Shown: positions 27,922 through 38,500 of the stretch, in pieces
Layout: each line of letters starts with the position of its first letter
Numbering within the stretch: the first letter of the stretch is position 1
Assembly: GCA_013204395.1 (NCBI GenBank)
Contig: JABMNZ010000014.1
Location: 1 to 58,618 of the forward strand
From: Parcubacteria group bacterium
GTDB lineage: Bacteria; Patescibacteriota; Patescibacteriia; UBA9934; GWF2-40-263
DNA length: 58,618 nt
Direction: 5' to 3'
The notes under the pieces: model-generated
The model's input: the letters and a program-made list of their open reading frames with translations, nothing else
What the model was told of the DNA's origin: nothing
The model's database searches: none
Made by a program: the position numbers and the translations under genes

Positions 27922-28653
27922 TCATTCTACCACTGGAATGTCCGTTAACTTACCGTCACCCAGCGGATTATAACCACCACTCACTTCATCTCCATCTGTA
28001 TACCCATCTCCATCTGTATCTGGACTAAGTGGGTTTGTCTTCCAAGTCATCACCTCTTCACGATCAAAGAGACCATCACCATCTGTATCCTCACTCAGTG
28101 GACTTGTTCCATATTCTTCCTCTTCAGCATCAGTCAGACCATCTTTATCAGAATCTGCTGTGGAAATCTCTGGTTCTGGTTCATCAACTGGTTCTGGTTC
28201 TGTTTCAACCGTAGGTTCTGGCTCGGTAACTACAGCAGGGGCTGGCGTAGTATCCACAACATCGATAACAGCCGCTGGTGGTTCAGGTGTTGTTGGTGTG
28301 TTTGAAGAAAGAATCTTTGTAGAGATGAAAAACGCTGCGGCGATCACGACCACAATACCAAAGACAAGTACGACAGGCTTCCAAGGGAAACCACGTTTGC
28401 CAGCCATGTCGTCTAGCACATTTCCCAATTCAGGAGCTGGCACCTGAGGGGCAGATTGAGCCGGTGGAGCTATCGGCTGCGCTGCCAAAGGCGGCGGAGC
28501 TGGAGCGGGCATTGGTGCAGGAGCAGGAGCCGGTGTAGGCATGATCGCTGGCGCAGGGGCTGCCGCTTGTTCCGTTGGTGCTACGGGCGAAGGAGCTGCC
28601 TCGTCTGTCTTGGCAAAAATGTCTTCTGGTTCTTTTTGAGCATAATCAAACAT
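27922..28653 (-). CDS. Single-pass membrane protein with three TSP3-like repeats
   Basis: Pro/Ala-rich N-terminus, TM helix, DSDKDGLTDAEE, DTDGDGLFDREE, DTDGDGYTDGDE. Confidence 0.8.
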   Translation of the reverse strand: MFDYAQKEPEDIFAKTDEAAPSPVAPTEQAAAPAPAIMPTPAPAPAPMPAPAPPPLAAQPIAPPAQSAPQVPAPELGNVLDDMAGKRGFPWKPVVLVFGIVVVIAAAFFISTKILSSNTPTTPEPPAAVIDVVDTTPAPAVVTEPEPTVETEPEPVDEPEPEISTADSDKDGLTDAEEEEYGTSPLSEDTDGDGLFDREEVMTWKTNPLSPDTDGDGYTDGDEVSGGYNPLGDGKLTDIPVVE

Positions 28654-28682
28654 ATATATGAAACTGAATTCTTTTCTAAATA

Positions 28683-29477
28683 TTATTGAAGTACACCTGG
28701 ACCTATTGGGCTATAACCCGCCGAAACCTCATCTCCATCGCTGTATCCGTCCCCATCAGAATCAGGATTGTTTGGATCTGATCCATACTCTTGTTCCTGA
28801 GCCGTTGTCAGTCCATCCCCATCGTCATCAGCACTAGGATCTGGTTCAGATGATGTAGATGATTCTTTTACTGCTCTCCTTGCGTCAGTTCGACAATCGT
28901 CGTACATCAATTCATCTTCTATTCCATAACACTGGTCGGGATCTTTAGATTCAAGAGCTTGTGTATATAACTCCAAGTCAACACATTTTTGACTTCCTTC
29001 GGTACACCCAGAAGTTTGCCCAGATGAACTTCCATGTCTTATAAACAAGTTTGCACATTGAGATCTTTTAGAGGAGTCCTCTATCTGAGCACAAAAAGCC
29101 CAATTATTACTATCAATCGCCAGTTTTAAATTCACTCCATCGTTACATCTACCAGAATGACTCTTCATCCCCTGACAGTAAGCGGGGTTTCCACTTTCTG
29201 TTGCCACTGACCAGTAACACCCATCTTTCTCTTGCTCATCATTAAGAAGCTCGCACACTTCAGAGGAAAGCTGCGTTTCAGCAATTTTGGTTATTTGTCG
29301 GTTAGTGAGCTCTTCAACATTAACCGTCTCGTTGGCCACCAAAAGCACCTCATCACCACCCCCAAGCACCCTGGAGATAACAACCACCACCAAGACAACA
29401 ACAACCACCGCCCCAGCACCGATTGCAATGGGCTTCCATGGGATGTTTATTCCTGATGGTGAATCGTTAAAATCCAT
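28683..29477 (-). CDS. Membrane-anchored protein with Cys-pair repeats and TSP3-like repeats
   Basis: TM helix, repeated C-x9/10-C units, DDDGDGLTTAQE, DSDGDGYSDGDE. Confidence 0.8.
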   Translation of the reverse strand: MDFNDSPSGINIPWKPIAIGAGAVVVVVLVVVVISRVLGGGDEVLLVANETVNVEELTNRQITKIAETQLSSEVCELLNDEQEKDGCYWSVATESGNPAYCQGMKSHSGRCNDGVNLKLAIDSNNWAFCAQIEDSSKRSQCANLFIRHGSSSGQTSGCTEGSQKCVDLELYTQALESKDPDQCYGIEDELMYDDCRTDARRAVKESSTSSEPDPSADDDGDGLTTAQEQEYGSDPNNPDSDGDGYSDGDEVSAGYSPIGPGVLQ

Positions 29478-29516
29478 ATTCGTTTTGAGTACTAACTTCT
29501 TTTATGCATTTACAGG

Positions 29517-32500
29517 CTACGGAAATGTGAATGGAACGATACTCGATGAAAAACAAGGGCCTGTGCAGGATGAGGACGCCGAAGCAGAACCCTCGTACGG
29601 ACAGTAGGTTAATGTGAAATCACTAAAGGTCATATATCCTGACCCATAGAACTCATGTCGCAGCGGGATAGTCTGCTCAGATGTGTCACACGAAAATTGT
29701 TCAGGGAACGGTAGAGTCACCTCTGAACCAGGCACAACTTCTCCAACCGTTGTAACAATACTACTCTCATTGGTCGTTGATAGAGCCACATTCGTTCCCA
29801 GAATCGAATTCACGATCGTGGCGTACATCGCGGCGATCTCATCCTCATCTTCAGCAGCAAAATCATAATTCCCAGTACAATCACTTACCGCATCAATATC
29901 ATCCCAATCACACTCATTGTCTGACATGTGCGCCATATATCCCTCAAGAATCGGATCGTCTGTTACGGCTGCCGAATAGAAAACGATATCTGAATAGATA
30001 CCCTCGTCCATAAAGTCATCGGCAACATCCGCAACACAGGCTGGTACACCAGTCCATGAACCCTGGTACGAAGAACTGTAACTTGAATCACAGGCATCTC
30101 CAGAAGCTTGAAAAGAGGCATTCGCAGAAGGGTCCCCATCAGAAAGTAGAACAATGATCTTAACGTCAGCTGTGGAGTTACCCATAGCAGTTACGGCTCT
30201 CTGAATCCCTTTGTACGTCGGTGTTCCACCTGAGTTTTGGTAATCAGCAGGATCACTTGCATCACCACCAGGAATGAGATGGCACGAGTCACAAACACAT
30301 GATGCGTAGTCGTCGACTAGTGTCTTAATGATGTTAACATTCGTACCAGCGTCATCCATAAAGCCGTTGGTCGAACTTGGTTCACTATATGTATCCATCC
30401 ACGCTCCATCTATACCAGGATACAGACCTGCCGGAGTATCCATGTTGCAGAATCCTGTCGACCAGTAAGATTTATATTGTTTTGAGTAGCTTACAAGACC
30501 AATCTGCAACGTAGAATCAGACAAGTCATAGGCATCGTAAAGATCATCAATAGCATCTTTTGTTGCCTCAACAACGTAATCGATGCGTCTAACTCCAACA
30601 GGTGCCCCATAGGCAGTGCATGAGATTTTACAATGACTATCCTCCGAACAACTATCTCCAGGCACTTCACCACCGGAACATATATTACTCACACAGGTAC
30701 CAGTCGTCGAGCCACAATAAGTTCCAGAACATGACTCGCCGTCAGTGACGGTCGCCCCACCACCATTACAATATTTTTGACTATCATCTGGTGGTTTATC
30801 CATCGAGCCAGACAAATCTGTCACGAAGATAATATCTACATCCGGAAGTTCCACTTCTTGATCATCAATACTGGCCGTAATCTCTGTAGCGACGGAACAG
30901 GCTGGTATGTAAAGCACTCCGTTGTCTGGGGAGGCTCCTGCGGCGTTTTGGTAGCTGTACAAATCAATCGAATCTTCACGTCCGGCTCCCTCAAGTTCAC
31001 TTTGTACAGACAACCCAACCGTTTGGTAATCAACTGGACAAGATGAGTCACAGTCACCGGCACAAACTGGAGGGACACAAGATCCTTCATAACAAGTATT
31101 TCTGTCACCACCAGACAACAAATCACCAATGGATCCGTTTAATATATATGCCTGATAATCTAGCGTACAAAGATCCCCATTCTCCGTACCACCATCACAG
31201 ACACCTAGCCATCGGCAGGTATACGCATCTGCCAGACCACCAGCGTCACCATATTCGGATGCCGCACAATTTCCCACCGTCTGTGCTTCAACAGAGTCAT
31301 ACCAAGTAAGCTCTGTTGAATACGCACCATCACAAACTTCATTTCCATTTAAATCACCGTCGCCGCAGAACCCACCTGAGACCGTTCTGTACTGACAGAG
31401 TTGGTTACAGTAGTTACAGGTGCTTTCATATCCAGCCACACAAGCGGTGCCGTTATCATCTCCATCATCACAACTTTCTGCTCCTACATAGACGTAGTCA
31501 TCTCCACAGATATTCCACTGACACTCGTTAGTACATTCGTCATTGTCGGAATTATTACCATCGTCGCAAGCTTCTGCGCCTTCAACCGTTCCATTTCCAC
31601 ACTGTTGATTACCTCCAACACAGTCCTGCCAAGTATTCCACGTACACTGGTTTGGATCTACTGGATCTACACATGTTCGGTAACGGAATAGATCATAATC
31701 GAGGTCTGGACAAGAACCAGACTCACACGAACCAGGGCTGGTAGCACTAGTATAAGCCGCCGTAGCGGTATTACACTTAGTTCCAATATCACTTGCACTG
31801 GTACAAAGTCCCGTTGATGAACATGAACCAGAATCGCAATCTGAATTTACATCACATGCATCACCTACATCATCATAATCAGCACAAACGTCTCCCGTAC
31901 CACAAGCTGGATAAACGACTCCACACAAGCTGGCGTCAGCACAAGTTGATCCTGCGACCGTACATCTAACTCCGTTGGCACAAAGCATTCCTTCCTCCTC
32001 TTCATAATCACCATCACACTGCTCAGTTCCATTAACTACCTCATCACCACAGGAAGGACCTGGGGCCGTACAGTTATAGGCACAGGAATTGCCAGCATTG
32101 GTCACGTACTGTCCATTTGAGTTTGCACAGGTATTAAGAGCAGTCCACGACGCAGGTGTTGACCATCTTAAGGCACTAAAATTCGCTGTTGTTCCACAGT
32201 CACACTGCTCAGCCCCAGCCAGATAACCATCACCACAATAGAAAGACGCTGAATAAGTACAGTCATTGCCACAGAATCCATAGGTGCCATTAAGAGAGCC
32301 GTCATCACAAGCTTCTGAACCATCAACTACTCCATTACCACAGGCAAAAGGGAAACATTCAGCTCCTTCACCCGCTGCCGATATAGCATCCTGCATAGAG
32401 CAACTAGATAGTGCATCAAGGAAGCAGGATATGGTGATCTGACCATCATCGGCCACACCATCCAGGTTGTAATCACACAGCTCGACCTCTGTATCGCCAA

Positions 32501-35500
32501 TTTCACATACTTCTGTGACCCCCTGAATACCATCTCCACAAATTTCAGAGTCACCCCATGAGCTTCCATCACAGAATAAAGCCGTACCGGTAAAACCTGT
32601 TGCCAAAGAGACCGAACTTGACGTTGGAGCCTGACCAGCCGGGTATTCAACGTAAATCGTGGCGTCGTCGGATGAAGACGTATCAATATCATAGGACCAT
32701 GCCCTCTCCCCCGCCAGCTCTAATTGCGCATACAAAACGTAAGCTTCACCTCCGATACTTTGATAACCGTATAAATGAGAGTCATTTGGACACTCGAACA
32801 CCCCAGCTTCTCCATCCCAACAAGAAGCTTCGTCATAGACATCACCGTCACACTGGAAAAAGGCGTTTAGTGGATCTGTCGGAATCGTTGAGCCAAGTGC
32901 ATTTGAAAGTTCACTGTTCCAGGAACCCCAGATGGAGTTGGTCATGGATGGGATGAATGTCCCGTTTTCAATTCGCGGATACCCCTCAACACAACTCTCC
33001 GTTCCAGGACAATCTGAATCCTCATCACAACTCATTCCCTTTGTGATCTCACAGTGCTTGTTGTCCTCACCGTAGGCATCCAGTGTGTCGTTCAAGGTTC
33101 TCATGTCCGTAAGACGTCTCATGTCTCGAGTGAGCTTTGCCTTATCATCTCCGCAGGTCAAAGATGAGGCCGCCAGAGAACAGCTACCGTCTTCACAAGC
33201 GTCATAACACTGACTGTCACGGTCACAGGTAATGTAGTCTCCATCGGTACCTGTTGAGTCCGTGGCAAACGTGGTGCCAAACTTACAGAGCCCTACATTT
33301 TCAACATCATCATCATTGGCATTGAAGGCGAACGTTTCCATTACACGACTGAAGACCTCTACTGATTCTTCCTCAGCATCTTCATTGGAGGAGATTACGT
33401 AAATATTAGGATAGATATTCGTTGCATCCTGATTGGCCGCGGCCACATAAATCGTACTTCCTGACTGAACCGCCTGATATCCATCTAACGTTATTTCTGT
33501 AAATTCTCCTGTAAATCCTTGAGCCTGCGCCCAAGCACTTGGTGAGAGATAGTCATCATTAGGAATCACACGAACACCAATAGCATCACTGGCACCATCA
33601 ACCTGGAAAATCAGTTCTTTTTGAATACTAGATGAAGTTACGGAGCTATTTACATTGATCGGATCTAAGAGCGCTGGGAGGTCATCGCTTTGTCCATCTT
33701 CACCGTAATCGCGACAATAGTAAAAAGTAAAGTAACTAGGCAAGACATCCTCCACATAAGGAAAGTTAAGGGTTGCGGAGCTTAATGACGGCCAGATATT
33801 TTCACAAAGCAGGGCAGTGATCACCTCCTCGCCAGATTCAGCGTGAGCCGGTATGGCATCGATTTCTGGGGTAGTCGTTGTGGCTGCTACGGTTGGCTGA
33901 TAGGCCGTTGTTGGCACAAATAGCGTGTCAACGATTATCGTCGCTGTAGCTATCACCGTATCTTTTCCATCGGCACCGGCACTAGAAAATTCCGCTGTTG
34001 GTGCATCAGCCACAGCATCTAATGTCACAATATCTTCGGCGACCGTATCTGCCTCAGATGTTGAGAACCAGGTCCAAGCCCACTCATAAAGAAGGGGGAG
34101 TTCCGTTATTTGTTCATGAAGCCCACTTGTTCTAATGGTGTATGGAGTTGCTAAGAACGAATGTGTTTCCGTTGATGAAGTAAACAAATTCATGCTTGCT
34201 GATTCGTAATCTTGAGCATTCACATCACCCTGATCATCTGTCACCACCTCTTCAAGCTCACAAATCTCATCACCTACATAGAAACCCTGTCTATAGCCAT
34301 CAACGGTACAGTTATTACCGATACAGAGAGGACCACCATACTCACTGACCAAACCCTCTTTTAAGGTGTCGGTTGAAACATCATCGCCCAGTATATAAAT
34401 CCCATACCTTCCAAACTCCTCCAGCAAAGTCTCGTAATTCAAATTCACTCGCATGGAATCTATAACGGAGTCTCCATCAGTATCAACACGCTGAGTTGTG
34501 TAAGAAATCGGGGCGTAACAGACTTGAATAGTTGTCGCTGGAGCTGCTGAAGCTGATCTTCCAAATAATCCCAGAACGGTTTGCTTAAGCCATGTCCAGG
34601 CCCTGAAAAATACAGACTGATTTCCATCTGAAAGAACTAGTTGAAGATGGCTTTCTGGACAGGTTGATGAATCAACAGTCACGCCGTTTATTTCAGAAAG
34701 GACTAAATAAAGATTTGCATCATATTCAGAGCCATCAATAGCCCCATCAGGATTAGTTGGATCATCAATACTTAAATCAAAAGAGGCGCTGTCCATGTCC
34801 TCGGTAAATTCAACCCACACAGCTGTATTTCTACAGTATCCAGCAGATGGACTATTTGTTGGAGGATTGATCGTACCGATGGTAGGTCGTGGTACACAAC
34901 AACCAGAATCTCCACACCCAAGTGTCCCATCCGTAGAACACTGACTGTCCGTGTCACAAGAACACTGAAGCTGCATAGTGGATGTTCCTGTTTTATCATC
35001 GGCTGTAACACTGACCGTTGAGGTAGCTAGGGATGTTGCTGGATTCACTTCAACAGGTGCTCCCGTAGCAACAATACCTACCCCATAAGCTCCCGTAACA
35101 TACGTTGCGTTAGCGGCACCATCACATTCTTCTCCCCCCTTAGTAGGGTTCCAAGTAATGGTTCCATCTCCACATAGGGACATGGTTGCATTATCGAAAT
35201 TCCCTCCCTCGTTCAAACAGTTTGAAGAACACCCATCGCCATCAAGTCCATTTGAATCATCACAGTCTTCTCCTCCATCCTCAGCGGTCCACTCACGCAC
35301 TCCATTTCCACAAATTGCCGAGATGGAAAGTGACCCCTCGTTCAAACATTGAATAGAACAACCATCACCATTTTCCATGACCCCATCGTCACCATCAATA
35401 ATTCCGTCTGGACCAGCAGCCGTCCCATCGTCACATTCCTCTCCAATACCACGTAAACCATCCCCACAAACTGAGTAAGCCACAACGGATGCTGTTGACC

Positions 35501-38500
35501 CCTCGTTCAAGCAGAAGCGTGAACACCCATCGCCACTGGTGTTATTTCCATCATCACAATCTTCTCCACCTTGAGAAGGGTTATGGTCACGAATACCGTC
35601 ACCACAGAACGCTCCAACAGAAGCGCTACCTTCATTTTGACAGATCGCAGAACAACCATCACCACCAACAATATCACCATCGTCACATTCTTCTCCATTT
35701 GATGCGGTTACAATTCCATCTCCACAACAACCACTTCCCGTAGTCTCACAGGTATCTCCACTCACGTAAGGACAAGATGTAGAAGATCCATTCGAACAGG
35801 CAACTAGTGAAATGGAGCAGGCCCCTACACAGGAATTACTACTACACGCACCGTCACTGGAACACGTGTCTCCAGCATCTTCATAGTCATAACAAACGAG
35901 TCCATCACTACATAATCCACTCACACAATCTGCATCGTACGCGCAAATATCTCCAGCACCACCAAGGGTCGAGGTGGCCACGGCACTTGTACAAAAAGAG
36001 TTTTGACATGTTTCATCACAGGCACTATCCACCTCACAGGTGATTCCAGAACCCACACACTGCTCAGCACACTGAACAACCACTGTTGTGTCAAACAGAC
36101 AGGCACTGTTACAAAACGCACTCGTGTTGTCGCAATCCTCACCATTTTCAACGATGCTGTTTCCACAGACAGACTCAAATACGGTAATCGGCGCCCCCGC
36201 AGATAAACAGGAGCTATTACAGTAGGCTGGGAATTCATCTGTTAGTTCTATGGTTCCATCGGACACCATGTACCCCGTAATATCTACCTGTCCTGCAATC
36301 GTAGAGGAACCTGTTGCTACACCTGTTCTGTTAGGGTTATCCGTTGAAACCCATGCGTCCCATATATACGAACCCGGCTGCAATGCCTGTCCTGTCACGG
36401 AGCAGTCATCTGGAGCCCCAAAAGCCGTCGCGTTAAACTCTGCGCGATCACCGATATAGCTCATGTTTGCGAGGGCTGGACTGACAGCAACTGAGTCAAT
36501 ACTACAGACAACATCAGAATCCTTTGTTTTATACTTCCAAGAAAAATCATCTGGAAAGTACAGATTGGCCGCTGTTCCATAGTTAGAACCAGACTCGTCA
36601 AGCGGTACTCCTGTGTCAGACACAACACTTCCATCGATCCATACCCTATACCAGGTATTCTTCGTCATGTTTTCATTTGTATCAAACTGGATCTGAATGG
36701 TGTCTGGATCATTTGAGAAAGAAACGGAACTCACAAACTCTAAAGCCGCGTCAATATAAGTAAGCTCATCTACATGACAAAGTGAATCAGAACATTCAAA
36801 AAGCTTCACGTTGCCCCCATAGGTAAAGCTGGACACCATGTCTGTATTGAACTCCGCCCAAGGCAATGCGTTCACACAAGCCGCTGAACAATTTGGGAAA
36901 TACTCACTCACCCTTGGATCGACAAAATTGATGACCAGGTCACCTGAACCACTTGGATTTCCCTCGGCCTCGTTTACAAAAGCCGATATGACTGCAGGCA
37001 CTCCAGAAACAGTCTCACTAATAGCCGTAACAATATTTGAACAATCACTCACCGGTGGATCCACGACTGGAACAGTGGCTGCTGAATTATTCGAAGACCA
37101 ATCTAGACTATATCCGTTACAAGAAAGACTGATACAAGAATCATTGGCTGCCACAAGAGACCCGTAATAATCCAGCGTACCTGGAACTCGAGTGGTGTAA
37201 TCATTTGGTGTCATGAGAACACTCCCAACCTCACAGTAATCTAGACTGTCACGCGTCTTAAATTCCCAAACATAGTCTCTTTGCAAATACCCACCACCCT
37301 CAGCAGCCGTGGCCTTAATATCTGGAAGTACTCCATCGCCATCAAGAGTGACTCGGTAATACGTGTCTGGGTCTAAATCAGCAGCAGGAGCCCAAATCAC
37401 CGCCCTGGTGGGTGTTGAGATCGTACCTGAGGCATCCGCAAGTCTGACCCAACTAGAATCATCACATCGTCCAGTTATTGGATCCTCTAAAATACACTCC
37501 TCAACCATCACCGTAGTGGCATCTAGTGTCAGAGGGTCAATGTCGAGCGTAAACTCTGCGCGAATGACGGCATTCACACAAATATCTTCCGGATCACTCC
37601 AGCCTTCCCATGGTGATGGTGACTGCACTGAACCACCCGTACAGGCAACGACTACTTCTGGAACCGCTGGCACTTCTCCGGTAGTGATTTTATAAGCGTA
37701 ATGGCTGGCAACAGCGGTATTAGCCGGACAACTTGTTAAACACGTTCCGTCACCACAACAACTCTCCCCTGAGGCACAGAGGTTCTGGTCTTCACGGCAG
37801 TCACCCACAGAAAAATTCACCGAATTTGATGTATACGAATTTACACTCTCCGTAGCAAAGACTGGTCCCGTCGCTGCTCCAACAGGAGCTTCGGCGTAAG
37901 TGATTCTACTGTTTGTCCAAGCGCCAGGAGTGGTTGTAAGAACTGAATAAAACTCAACGGTCCCAAGTGAGCTACCGAAGTTCTCTCCATATAACGTTGT
38001 CATGGTCCCTACCGGACCCGCAGATGGTGAGATGCGGCAAACAGACGGACCCGCAGAATCATTGATAATATCAAAATCAACTGGGGCAGATTCTCCGCTG
38101 TCTTGGCGCTGAACAGAAAGATCGTAGGTTGTGAAGTCTACAGGCACAGACGGATCTGAAGGATCTCTCGTATATTCTTCCGGGACCTTGATGGTAATGT
38201 AATTGTCATGCCAAAAATCACCCTCACACACATCTGGGAATTCGGAATCACCAAGCGCTTGAAGGCCAGAAAGTTGATTCTCTAACCAAACATAACCCAC
38301 AGCTGTACCAAATCCGGTTCCATAGATCGTCATGTACTGACCTGGAGGACCCATGTCACCAACATTTTCACATGTATCACCACTAGAACAATCACTATCG
38401 TCACCACAATGGGCCCCAACCGTAGCAAAAGCGGTCACACAAGCCTTCCATCCAGTGTCGACGGAGGAAATAATTGGCGTCTCTCCTGCAGAGGAATCAT

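Noticed and set aside
35200-35720. Nucleotide repeats (ccctcgttcaa etc.) suggesting a DGR or array
   Set aside because: Explained by Cys-rich protein repeats (C-x-NEG). No reverse transcriptase or adenine-specific TR/VR pair was seen.
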